A stretch of 63,807 nucleotides of DNA, the filler included, from Chiloscyllium plagiosum (taxonomy: Eukaryota): the NCBI RefSeq assembly GCF_004010195.1. It is 4 parts of one record of this genome, joined end to end, with 100 filler letters (N's around TTAATTAATTAA, not from the genome) between each part and the next. Parts side by side here need not be neighbours in the genome. Positions count along the whole stretch, not along the records: positions 21,977 to 45,340 come from NC_057712.1; positions 45,441 to 57,111 come from NC_057712.1; 2 more parts are not named here. One strand, given 5' to 3'. The notes below the pieces were generated by a model, which was not told the DNA's origin, ran no database searches, and saw only the letters and a program-made list of their open reading frames with translations. The first letter of the stretch is position 1; every line of letters starts with the position of its first letter. Position numbers and translations under genes: made by a program. Below are positions 38,446-50,408 of this stretch, piece after piece.

Positions 38446-38633
38446 TGTTACAAAATGGCAGAATTATGAACCAAACACCCAGAAAACCCAGAAAAAGCTC
38501 ACCTTGTCTTAATCTGTTAAAATGGGTGACAGAACTCCCAAATTCTACTATTTAAAGACAACAACTTCAATTTATTCTTTAACTCTAAAAATGAACATTA
38601 AACAACAATTCACAACTCTAAGCCCCCTTTCTC

Positions 38634-40490
38634 AATGTTTGACAGGAGAAATCGTGCGACTCGCCAAGAAGAAAAGGGAACCATAAGGTCCAGGCAGCTA
38701 AGAACAGAACAGGACTTGGAGGAATATCAGGAGAGTAGGACCAATATTAAACGAGGAATCAAGTAGACTAAAAGGGATCACTAAAATAACTTTAGCGAGC
38801 AGAATTAAGGAGAATCCCAAGGCCTTTTATTCATATGTAAGAAGCAAGAGGGTAACTAGAGAAAGGGTTGGTCCACTAAAGGATAAGGAAGGAAGATTGT
38901 GTGCCAAACCTGAGAAAATGGGTGAGATTCTCAATCATCACTTTGCATCAGTATTCACTGAGGAGGGGGACACGATGAAATTTGAGATTAGAGATAGAAG
39001 TTTGTTTACTCTGGATTACGTTAACATAAGGAGGGAAGATGTGTTAGGTAGGCTACAGGATATTAAGGCAGACAAATCCCCAGGACCAGATGGGATCTAT
39101 CCCAGGTTATTGAGGGATGCAACAGAGGAAATAGCTGGGGCCCTGACAGATCCTTTGTAGCATCCTTTAACACAGGTGAAGTGGCAGAGGACTGGAGGGT
39201 TGCTCATGTTGTCCCCCTGTACAAGGGTAGTAGGGATATTCCAGGTAATTACAGACCACTGAGTCTGATGTCAGTGGTGGGAAAGTTGCAGGAGAAGGTA
39301 CAGAGGGATAAAATCTATTTATATTTAGAAAAGAATGGGCTTATCAGTGATAAGCAACATGGTTTTGTGTGGGGGAGAGCATGCGTACCAACCTAATAGA
39401 TTTCTTTGAGGGAGTGACCAAGTTGCTAGATGAAGAAGGGCTGCAGATGTTACATACATGGACTTTAGTAAGGCGGGTTTGATAAGATTGTCCATGGTAA
39501 ACTTGTAGAGAAAGTGAAGGCACATGGTTGTGCAGGGTATTCTAGCTAGGTGGATAAAGTGGTTGAGCAACAGGAGACAGTAGTTGTTGAAGGGAGTTTC
39601 TCAAAATGGTGAAAGGTGACCAGTGGTGTCCCAAAGGGATCAGTGTTGGAGTCACTGTAGTTTGTGATATATATAAATGATCTGGAAGAGGCATTGTTGG
39701 TCTGATCAGTAAGTTTGCAAATGACACAAAGATTGGTGGAGTAACAGAAAGCATAGAGGACTGTCAAAAGAATACAGGAGAATATAGATAGACTGGAGAG
39801 TTGGGCAGAGAGGAAACAGATGGCTGCACAGATGGATAGAGTAGTCAAGGCGGCATATGGTATGCCTGGCTTCATCGGACGTAGTATTGAATATAAGAGA
39901 TGACAGGTCATATTAAAATTGTACAAAACTTTGATTTGGTCGCATTTTAGAATACTGTGTGCAGTTCTGATCGCCACATTAGCGGAAGGATGTGGACGCT
40001 TTGGAAAGGGTGCAGAGAAGGTTTACAAGGATGCTGCCTGGTATGGAAGGTGCTAGCAATGAAGAGAGAGGTTGAGTAGATTAGGATTGTTTTCATTAGA
40101 AAAAAGGAGATTGAGGGGAGACCTGATTGAGGTCTACAAAATCATGAAGGGTATAGACAGGGTGGATAGAGATAAGCTTTTTCCCAGGGTGAGGGATTCA
40201 ATAACAAGAGGTTACGCATTCAAGGTGAGAGGTGAAACGCTTAAAGGGGATACACGTGAAAAATATTTTACAGAGAGGGTGGTAGGTGTCTGGAAAGCTT
40301 TGCCAGCAGAGGCAGGAGAGGCAAACACTAGATTCATTTAAGGTGCATCTGGATGGATGCATGAGTAGGTGAGGGAGCAGAGGGATGCAGATGCTTAGGA
40401 ATTTGGCGATAGGTTTAGACAGTGGATTTAGATCGGCCCTCCAAGCCTGAGCCAAAAGGACCTGTTCCTGGGCCATAAAATTTCTTTGTT
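38634..40490 (+). mobile_element. CR1 ORF2 3' portion
   Basis: [38 protein letters not shown]. Confidence 0.92.
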
Positions 40491-41022
40491 AACTGCTTAT
40501 TATCCACCTCAAACTCTATAACAATATACTGTTCCAAGAAAAACAACTTTTTAAAATTAAATCTACATAATTTCAAAACCATACAGGGGCTGTCTTCTTC
40601 CGGCTGAAGATCTCCCTAAGTTGTCTTCTTTCTTTTTCCTGTGAAGTGTTTCATATGATAAAGGTAGCTTGGATAGAGAGTATTTCAATCTTTTGGGTCT
40701 CTCTCTTTCTCTCTCTCTATAGCAGTTACTCTGTCTGATTTTCAAAATGCCCGCTTTTATTTATACCCCCAACATCGGATCGTCTCATTTGCTTGATGTT
40801 TGCAAAACAATAAATTCAAACTCAATTGGGTTTTAGTATCTGAGGCATAATTCAAATTGATTTAGCAACAATGCAAATTTAACCAAACAGCAACCAACTC
40901 CAGTATCCATTTCACAGCCAAATGTTACATATTTTCAATTTTCCAGTATACTGAGACTGCTAACTAGTCATACAATAGGTGCTTGTAAGCTCTCAGTGCA
41001 AAACAGCATTCACTCTCAACAG

Positions 41023-41579
41023 TGAGAATGTCTATAGGGTATAAGCAGGCAGGGAAAGAGTTAAGTTCTGAGTTTTGTGAAACAAGAGATTTAGCTGAGC
41101 ATGACTCCGATCAGATAAGAACTTGCAGTTAACAACAGGGTGCTAGAGGCAAGAGTAATGGGTTAACAAGATGGAAAAGCATTCATGATGTAGAGCCATT
41201 TAACAAGATGACGTAGCATTCCGTATGTAAAATCAGTTAACAAGGTGCAAAGTATCCAACGTATGAATCCAGTTAACAAGGTTAAGTACATTCATTGTAT
41301 AACAGTAAAGGGCTTAGTCTCTGCCTATTGATACTCATTGATTGTAACGGTCACCCAATTAATATTTTTGTTGCCTTATCTGAATGTTCTTCCCTGTAAA
41401 ATGACTATATAGTTCGTTGAGAAACTGCTGTTCTAGAGAAGACCGTGAACTCATGTCTCTGTGCACTTGGGCGATCATTCTCTCCCTCCAAGGCCTGGAA
41501 TAAATATGAAGGAGGTAAAACTATACTGTGCCTCTCAGCATTTTCTTTCGACTGAGGGGGGAAGAAAAACAGGACGACA
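41023..41579 (+). mobile_element. Probable solo LTR
   Basis: TG...CA ends; ~36-bp degenerate internal repeats, then TATATA (about 41406) and AATAAA (about 41498) in U3-R-U5 order; no convincing TSD. Confidence 0.55.
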
Positions 41580-41639
41580 ATAAAGGTACAGTACACCCAA
41601 CAACGCCCCTACTGTGATAGGGACTTGCCCAAGACACCA

Positions 41640-42110
41640 CTACCAACTTCCTCAAGTTTCCAAGTCTTCATGTCCTTCTCCATGGTAAACACAGGAAAAA
41701 TATTCATTGAGAATCTCACCCATCTCCTCCAGTACTACACATACATATCTACTTTGGTCTTTGAGTGGCCTTATTTTCTCTCTAGTTATTCTTTTTCCTT
41801 TACTATCCTTAAAGAACCTCTTTGGATCCACCCTCATCTTCTCAGGCAAGGCTATCTTGTGCCCCCTTATTGTCCTCCTGATTTCTTTCTTCAGCAAACT
41901 CCTGTATTCTTACATACCTCCCTTGATCCCAGCTGTCTGCCCCTGAACCACGCCTCTTTTTTTTCCTGGTCATTGCCTCAATGTCTCTTGTCATTCAGGG
42001 TTCACTATTACTGCCAACCTTACTCTCACAGGAACGTAAAGACCTTGAACTCTAGTTCTCAATTTTTAAGGCCTCCCACTTGCCAGAGGGCCCTTTCCCT
42101 TTGAATTGTT
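41640..42110 (-). mobile_element. CR1 ORF2 linker fragment
   Basis: LKKEIRR...DPKRFFK...EMGEILNEYFS. Confidence 0.8.
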
Positions 42111-42153
42111 TTGATTTGAAAAACTGGTCTGAATGTAGTTTAAAAAAAAAACT

Positions 42154-42560
42154 AAAAATCACAACACCAGGTTATAGTGCAACAGTTTTATTTGGAATTA
42201 CTCGCTTTCAGAGCACTGCTTCTTCATCAGATAGCTGTGGAGCAGGGTCATACAATGCAGAATAGCAAAAGATTAGTGTCATGCAACTGCAACAATATAT
42301 TGACAAACGATATAATGAACCAAAACCTGCAACCCTTGCTAAAAGATGAAAGAAAGACTTAACAGTGATCTAGGTTTGTTCAACATATCAACTCAGTTGC
42401 ATGACACTATGATCTTTTGCTATAAATTCTGTGTCTTATGATCTTGCTCCATAGCTACTTGATGAAGGAGCAACGCTTCGAAAGCTAGTACTTCCAAATA
42501 AACCGGTTGTGATTTTTATCTGTGTCCACCCTAGTCCATCATCAGCACCTCCACATCACA
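42154..42560. mobile_element. Fold-back Penelope-derived element with two opposed hammerhead-like motifs
   Basis: Minus 42201-42232 reads CUGAUGA-AGAAGCAGUGCUCU-GAAAGC; plus 42455-42490 reads uUGAUGA-AGGAGCAACGCUUC-GAAAGCUA; related pieces at about 7665-7770 and 56620-56760. Confidence 0.7.
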
Positions 42561-42826
42561 AAAAAAAAGTTTGAAAGAGGCTGCAACTTTGAAAGCAGGT
42601 GAGCTGACACCCATTGCAGGCATCATGTAAACAACATGATTTGAACAAGGAGAAATTGAAATGGAGTTGCAAAGAATTTAGAGCCAAGGTTTGGGGGGGC
42701 GGTGGGTTGGCAGGTGGTACAGGAGCTGCTTTGGCTAACAAGAGGTTGATTGGTTTATGGACTACAGACTAGTTATCAATGACCATCAGCCTTTACCTGC
42801 CAACTACAGTTACTTGGTTCTCAGGC

Positions 42827-43224
42827 CTACTTGCGGAGCGTTTCAGAGAACACCTCTGGGACACCCGGACCAACCAACCCAACCACCCTGTGGCTCAACA
42901 TTTCAATTCCCCCTCCCACTCCACCAAGGATATGCAGGTCTTTGGACTCCTCCATTGCCAGACCACAACAACACGACGGTTGGAGGAAGAGCGCCTCATC
43001 TTCCGCCTAGGAACCCTCCAATCGCATTTCCTATGCCCCTCCCCCAAGTCCCTCCTCCCTACCTTTTATCTTAGCCTGCTGGACACACTTTCCTCATTCC
43101 TGAAGAAGGGCTTATGCCCGAAACATCGATTCTCCTGTTCCCTGGATGCTGCCTGACCTGCTGCGTTGTTCCAGCAACACATTTTCAGCTCTGATCTCCA
43201 GCATCTGCAGACCTCACCTTCTCC
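42827..43224 (+). mobile_element. Penelope-like 3' fragment (GIY-YIG C-terminus + pLTR)
   Basis: LAERFREH...HPVAQHFN...EERLIFRLGTL; hammerhead at 43096-43131; TSD TCTCAGGC at 42819-42826 and 43225-43232. Confidence 0.92.
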
Positions 43225-43664
43225 TCTCAGGCAACTGTACACCTTGGGGCTGGGAACAAGTTAGAGAGCTTTCCAGTTCTTCCCCAGTTCAGGAGTGGTC
43301 TTTCTGTTCTCTGCGGTCAATAAGTCTGAAAGAAACCAGTTTAGCTTTCCTGCAATCATAATTGTAAGCTGTGACATTTAAGTGATGAGTCGGAAACTTT
43401 ATTCCAAAAAAGGAAACCAGCCACCTAGTGTTTCACCAATGGATGCAACTGAAGAAATATAACTGAAGCAACATGCTCGTCAAATCATAAGTATCATCTC
43501 AAAATCAGGACATGGGAACAAAGACAAGTGAACTGTCTTTCCAGTTTCTCCCTCAGTCCTCAGCTTATGTTACCATGTCTATTTCTTTTGTCTGTGCAAG
43601 GGTGCATTCTTATTTTATTTAGTACTCTATATGTCAATTCTCCACAACTGTTTACTTGTATTTA

Positions 43665-44067
43665 TAGTTAATCTCTCTAGTCCGAGGTACAGACAGACGT
43701 TTCTGTGACCAGCAGCAAAAAAGCAGAATGGTGTGTTGCTTCCCTGGTGCCAGAATCAAGGATGTCTCAGAGAGAGTGCAGAATGTTCTCACGGAGGAGA
43801 GGGGCCAGCAAGAGGTCATTGTCCACATTGGAACAAATGACATAGGATGGGAAAAGGTTGAGATTCTGAAGGGAGATTACAGAGAGTTAGGCAGAAATTT
43901 AAAAAGGATGTCCTCGAGAGTGTAATATCTGGATTACTCCCAGTGCTACGAGCTAGTGAGGACAGGAATAGGAGGATAGAGCAGATGAATGCATGGCTCA
44001 GGAGCTGGTGTATGGGAGAAGGATTCACATTTTTGGATCATTGGAATCTCTTTTGGGGTAGAAGTGA
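43665..44067 (+). mobile_element. CR1 ORF1 esterase fragment
   Basis: VCCFPGARIKDV, VIVHIGTND, FLDHW. Confidence 0.9.
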
Positions 44068-45340
44068 CCTTGATAATTATGTACCTGTCAGGCAGGGAGG
44101 AAAGGGTCGTGCGAGGGAGCCGTGGTTTAATAAGGAATTGGAATCCCTTGTTAAATGGAAGAGGGCGGCCTATCTCAAGATGAGACGTGAAGGTTCAATT
44201 GGGGCGATTGAGAGTTATAGGGTAGCCAGGAAGGACCTGAAGAGAGAGCTAAGAGCAGCAAGGAGGGGACATGGAAGGTCCTTAGTCGGTAGGATTAGGG
44301 AAAACCCTAAGACTTTCTATAGGTATGTTAGGGATTAAAGAATGACTAGGGTAGGAATAGGTCCAGTCAAGGATAGTAGTGGGAAGTTGCGTGTGGAGGC
44401 GGAAGAGATTGGGGAGACACTGAATGAATACTTTTCCTCAGTATTTACTCAGGAACAGGGCATTGTCGTCGATGTGAATACTGAGTCACAAATAAGTAGA
44501 ATGGAGGGCTTTGAGGTATGTAGAGAAGAGGTATTGGAAATCCTGGAAAAGGTGAAAATAGATAAGTCCCCTGGGCCTGATGGCATTTATCCTAGGATTC
44601 TCTGCGAAGCAAGGGAGGAGATTGCAGAGCCATTGGCCTTGATCTTTGGGTTGTCATTGTCTACAGGAATATTGCCAGAGGACTGGAGATTAGCAAATGT
44701 CATTCCCTTGTTCAAAAAGGGGAGTAGGGATAGCCCTAGTAACTATAGGCCGGTGAGTCTCACTTCTGTTGTGGGCAAAATCATGGAGAGAATTGTAAGG
44801 GATAGGATTTATGCACATCTGGATAGGAATAATGTGATCAAGGATAGTCAGCATGGTTTTGTGAAGGGCAGGTCGTGCCTCACAAACCTTATTGAATTCT
44901 TTGAAAAGGTGACGAAGGAGGTTGATGAGGGGAAAGCGGTAGATGTGGTATATATGGATTTTAGTAAGGCGTTTGATAAGGTTCCCCATGGTAGGCTACT
45001 GCAGAAAATACGGAGATATGGCATTGAGGGTGAGTTGGAGGTTTGGATTAGGAATTGGCTGGATGGAAGAAGACAGAGGGTAGTAGTTGATGGCAAAGTT
45101 TCTTCATGGAGTGCCGTCACTAGCGGTGTTCCGCAAGGATCTGTTTTGGGACCATTGCTGTTTGTCACTTTTATAAATGACCTGGAAGAGGGGTTAGAAA
45201 GGTTGGGTGAGCAAGTTTGCGGATGATACGAAAGTCGGAGGAGTCGTTGACAGTGAGGAAGGATGTGGCAGGTTACAGCAGGATATAGAGAAGATGCAGA
45301 GCTGGGCAGAAAGGTGGCAAATGGAATACAATGTAGCTAA
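44068..45340 (+). mobile_element. Young CR1 ORF2 (same subfamily as 20964-21876), runs into gap
   Basis: 44068-44217 nearly identical to 21727-21876; RT motifs largely open. Confidence 0.95.
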
Positions 45341-45440
45341 NNNNNNNNNNNNNNNNNNNNNNNNNNNNNNNNNNNNNNNNNNNNTTAATTAATTAANNNN
45401 NNNNNNNNNNNNNNNNNNNNNNNNNNNNNNNNNNNNNNNN
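45341..45440. other. Artificial assembly spacer
   Basis: 44 N + TTAATTAATTAA + 44 N. Confidence 0.95.
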
Positions 45441-47330
45441 CTCCTAATTTTTCCCTTGCTGTCTCCCTCCCTCCCTCGTGCCCTCCCTCCCTCACTCACT
45501 CTTACTCTTCGTCCCTCTATCTTGCTCTCTTTCACTTGCGCTCTCTCTCATAATCTCATTTGCTCGCTCTCTGTACTGCTCGCATTCTCTCTCTCGTTCA
45601 CTATTTGCGGTCTCTCCCTCTTTCATGCTCCCTTCTCCCTCTTTTGCGCTCCCTGTTTGATACTCCCTCCCTCCGTTGTTCTCTCCCCCGCTTTCTGTAT
45701 TGACACCTTGTTTGCACTCTCCCCCATCGCTCTTTCTCACTCGTGCATTCTTCTGCACTCTTTCTCTTGCTTTCTCCCTCTCTCGCTCTCTGTCTCTGTC
45801 TCTCCCTCTCTTGCTTGCTCTCCCCCTCTCTTTCCCTGGTCTCCCTCTCTCGTGCTGTCTTTTTTTTTCTGTCTTTCACTTGTTCTCTCTTTCGTGCATT
45901 TTCTCTTTCTCATGCTTTTGCTCGCTTTTTTGCACTCGCTCCCTCTCTGTTGCACCCGCACCCTATATTTTGCGCTCATTCCCTCTCTTTCACGCTCTGT
46001 TTTCCTTTTGGCACGCTGTCTTTCATTCTTTGTCACTTTCACTGTCTTTCTCACTCGTGCTCTTTCTCACTTGCAATCCCATCCTCACTCGCACGGTCTC
46101 TAGCTTTATCTGGCTCTATCGTACTCTCTCCCTCTCGCTTTCCCTTCACTGTCTTTCACTAGGACTCTTGTGCACTCTTGTGTGCTCTCACTCCTATTCG
46201 CTCGCTCTCGCCCGCATTTTCTTTCGTGCTGTCACTTTCCCTCACTCTCTTTTGCTTTGTTTCACGTACTCTCACACGCTGTCTTTCACTCTCACTTTCT
46301 GTCTTGCCCTCTCTGTCTTTGACTTGAGCTCTTCTTCTCTTGCTGCCTTTTGCATACTCACTTCCTCACATGCTCTTTCGTTCTCACTTTCTCTGTCTCT
46401 TTGGCTCATACTGTCTCTTTTGTGCTCTCTCTGTCTTGCTCTCATACGCTGCCCCTCTTGTGTTCTCTCACACTTGTATTTTTGCTCTCACTCTTCCAAT
46501 TGCACTTTTTTTTGCACTTTCCCTCCATCTCTCTTGTATATGTGCCATCTCTTTTGCTCACTCTTTCGTGCTGTCACTCTTTTTTATACACTCTTTTGCT
46601 TGCCCTCTTTCTGTCACTCTCACTCATTCACGCTCTCGCTTTCTTTCTTCCACTTGCTCTCACTTTTTCTCTCTCTCTCTGCGCTCGCGCTCATGCTCTC
46701 TTTCATGCTCTCTCGCTGTCTTTTACCTGTGCTGTTTTTTGCTTGCACTCTTTCTCATTTTATTGCACACTCTCTCTTTCATTCATGCTGTCTGTTTCGC
46801 TCGGGCTCTCTTGTGTGCGCTATTGCTCATTTGCTCTTTGGCTATTCTTCTTTCCCTCTTTCTTTCCCCCTTTCTTTCTCTTCCCTCACATGCTGTCTCT
46901 AAATTTCTCCCTTTCTCTCTCTAAATTTCTCCCTTTCTCTTGCACTCTCCCTGTCTCTCTCCCACTCTTGCGGGGGCTCACTCACCCTCCTGCATGGGCT
47001 TGCTTCCCCTTTTGTGTGCCCTCTTTGCTCAGTCTCTTTTTTACTCACTCTTTTTATTCATTCATTTGTGCTCACACTTGCGCTCACTGGCGTGCACACT
47101 TACTGTCTTTTGATGTCTTTCGCTCATTCACTTACTCCTTCATGTCCTCACTTTCGTTGTCTCAGTCTCTGTCACGTCTGCTCCCTTGTGCATTTTCTCT
47201 TGTGCATTCTCTTTTGCGTGCACCATCTCTCACGTGCTGTCTTGCTCACTCATGCTCTCTTTTTCAATCACTTTTTTGTATTCTTTCTTCCTCTTGCATT
47301 CTCTCTCCATCTCTCTTTTCCTCTCTCTCT
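45441..47330 (+). repeat. ~1.9-kb degenerate (CT)-rich low-complexity tract
   Basis: Strong pyrimidine bias on the + strand with recurrent ctct, cact and gctc motifs. Confidence 0.9.
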
Positions 47331-47395
47331 AGTCAACACAGCCCTTGACCTCGCCACTGTCTTAAATTACTGTACCAACGTCCACTATTGGACAA

Positions 47396-47755
47396 GGGCA
47401 GCACGGTGGCTCAGTGGTTAATGCTGTGTCTCACAATGCTAGGGACCCAACTTTGATTCCAGCCTCGGACGACTGTGTGTGTGTGTGTGTGCGTGTGTAG
47501 TTTGCACATTCTCCTGTGTCTGCCTGGATTTCCTCTGAGAGTTGCGGTTTCATCCCACTGTTCAAAGATGTGCAGGTTAGGTGAATTGGCCATTCTAAAT
47601 TGCCCATAGTGTTCAGGGATGTTTAGGTTATCTGCATTAGTCAGGTGAAATGTAGATTAATAGGGTATGGGAATGGATCTGGGTGGGTTACTCTTCGGAG
47701 GGTTGATGTGGACTTGTTGAGCCAAATGGTCTGTTTCCATACTGTAGGGATTCTC
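47396..47755 (+). mobile_element. HE1-type V-SINE with expanded (GT)n
   Basis: Head, (gt)n at about 47474-47498 at the V-domain start, 3' end. Confidence 0.88.
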
Positions 47756-48293
47756 TGATAATACATTGTTTTAGGACTTTACTTGAAGCTCCATTTCCTA
47801 TCTACTGAGTCCATCTCTCTCCTGGCAATCGTTTGAGGCAGTACCAGACAGTTCACAAACTTAATATTGTATTTGACTCCAAAATGACTTTCAGATCACC
47901 TATCTACATTGTCAGGAACACTATTTCCACCTGTAACATCATGTGACAACATGCATGCCTCCTCTTATCTATTGCTGAAATTTTCACCTATGCCATTATT
48001 AGCTATTCAAGGTAACTATCCCAAAGTATTAATGGCATCACCATCCATAAAGCTTATATTTGGCTCACAGATTCACTGTGTGTCTTAACTATGCCAAGTT
48101 TCTTTCCCCACCACTCCTGTTTTCTAAGGTTCACACTTTATTAATTCTATAATTGGCAGTCTTGCATACAGCAATGATGTCCATGCTCCTCCAGTTCTAG
48201 CCTCCTGTGTATCCACATTTTAATTGCTGCATCTTTGGTATACTTGCCTTCTGCAGCCAAAGATATAAACACTGTAATAACCTCTCATCAACC

Positions 48294-48535
48294 TTCTGTG
48301 TGGAGTTTGCCCATTTACCCTGTGTCTGCATGGGTTTCCTGTCAGTGTTTCGGTTTTCTCCCACATCCCAAAGGTGTGCAGCTTAGGTGGAATGGCCTTA
48401 CTAAATTGCCCGTGGTGTCCAGGGATGTGGATTAGCCATGACAAATGCACATTTACAGGGATAGAGTGGGGGGATGGGTCTGGGTGGGATTTGATGGACC
48501 GAATAGCCTACCTCTATACTGTAAGGATTCTATGA
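48294..48535 (+). mobile_element. V-SINE lacking its head
   Basis: ctgtgtggagtttgc...gtgtctgcatgggtttcc V-domain. Confidence 0.8.
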
Positions 48536-48659
48536 CGCTTTTATTTGCATTAAATCAGCTAATTTCCAGATTGGCACCTTACATTTTTCCTTTTGTTTAT
48601 TTTTAATATATATTTAGTATACATTTAACCCATTATTTCCCAAGCATTCAACTACCTTC

Positions 48660-49280
48660 GAGTTACTCAGTTGTCTTCTTTCAAACAGCTGAAGGGACAT
48701 GCTATGAATTTGTCGGTGTAATGTCATATATGTAGACTGTGCGTCCCAATAGTATCAAATAGAATGTTCCACTAGCTGTTTGCAACAAGTTGAAAACCTT
48801 GCAATGTTGTGTCTAATATTTGGATGTCATTCTGCAATTGGACAACATTTGCTGGATAACCTTGAATGTGTGAGAAATTATGCTGCCAGTTAGTTTCGGA
48901 TCATCCGACAAGCTGTCATGTTGGCATGCTTTGGAAGGTACAAATGTTAATGAACATGGCCCTGTTCTTTGCAGATAGACCATGTACACACACTTCATCT
49001 GTTCCAAATTCACTGATTCATTTTTCAGGGCAATACCCTGACCAATCTGAGTCAATCTGCCCATTTTAAAATTCAACAAAGCGTAGCTATTAACTGTCAA
49101 TTAGCATTAAAGTGTGCATTGACCATAGCAATGCATCTACCAATCAGAGTCCACTTGCCAATCAATAAACATACTCCCCTCATGCAGTATGAATATTAGT
49201 TAGCCGCTTTAATTTGCATTTTTGTGAAATGTCCTGATGAGCGCAAGATGAAAAATTTTGACAAAATGTCTTTTTTCAGC
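48660..49280 (+). mobile_element. Old Penelope-like remnant (GIY-YIG region + pLTR), different family
   Basis: SAIGQHLLDN.EC..NY and GPVLCR remnants; hammerhead-like motif at 49230-49263. Confidence 0.65.
49230..49263 (+). ncRNA. Degenerate minimal hammerhead motif
   Basis: UGUC-CUGAUGA-GCGCAAGAU-GAAA-AAUUUU-GACA; helix I UGUC/GACA, helix II decayed. Confidence 0.5.
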
Positions 49281-50355
49281 AAACTTAGTGTCTTTGTGTT
49301 GGTGACTATTGTCAATGTAATGAAATCAGACTCTCCTCCAGCTGTAATTTAACCTGAATTTATTTCTTTCATTTTTGTTTTATGGATCTAGCAATCCAAT
49401 TCTCCTAGAGTAGGTGTGTGATAATAGGTGCAGAACCATTAATCTGCCCATTGTATCCCAGCTGTGTCATCAGTACAGTGCCAGCCCATTGTATCAGTTT
49501 GATATTTATCCATCGCCACATAAGCCATTCAGTTTTCTAAGTTAAATTGTTATTTAGTGATCAGTTAATGATATTTTTGTGATAGACCCATGCCCAGTAC
49601 TGCTCCTAATATTTGCAATAAATTTAAATTAAGGTCTATCTTGTCCGTACAAATATTCCTGCTAATATAATCACTGAAAAGTTTTTACTGTGAAATTATT
49701 ATTAGTTGAGAGAGGCAAAACATTACATAATCATCTAATTATGCATGGGATTCATTTCCAGAGAAATGGAATTGAGATACAGAAACGTGTTGTTAAAATT
49801 GTACCATACCATGATTAGACCACACATCATATGCTGTCCATAGTTCTGCTGTCCTTATTGTAGAACTGCTATGCAGCCATTGTGGAACTGGAGAAGATGC
49901 AAAAATATTTACAAGGTTTACAAGTATAACCTTTATAACTAAGCAGTTGTACTTACTGAGAAATATGCCACTTCTGAGTGAGATCAGGGCCATAAACATA
50001 AGATAATGACCAATAAATACCAGAAAGGTAAGAACTTGCAACTCAATTATCAGTGTAGTTGAGGCAAGTAGTATTGATGCATTGAGGGAAAATCTAGATA
50101 AGTACGTGAGGAAAGACATGGAAGTCTGTGTTAGTAGATGAAGTAGAGATGTTTGTATTATCAATATACTTTAGCACAGACCAGTTGACCTGTTGCTGTG
50201 CAGTAAATTTGATGTAACATAGCATGATCATTTTTAGTACTGATCATTTCCGCAGCAGAAGGTATCCATGTGATTTAGTTATCATTTGTGCAAATTAAAA
50301 TCTTGTAACCTTCAAAGTAAAAGTTGTAAAACTAACTTTTTTTTTTCTTTTGAAG

Positions 50356-50408
50356 ATCTGGCCAACAGTACAAATGTTAAATTTCTACTTTGTACCACTA
50401 GTATACAG
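50356..50408 (+). CDS. MPV17: MPV17 penultimate coding exon
   Basis: Strong polypyrimidine acceptor ...tttgaag, donor gtaaat, 53 bp; IWPTVQMLNFYFVPLVY(R) versus recalled human LWPAVQLANFYLVPLHYR. Confidence 0.92.

Noticed and set aside
45456..47421. Long ORFs (up to 408 aa) resembling membrane proteins
   Set aside because: Artefact of CT-rich low complexity, which depletes stop codons in several frames.
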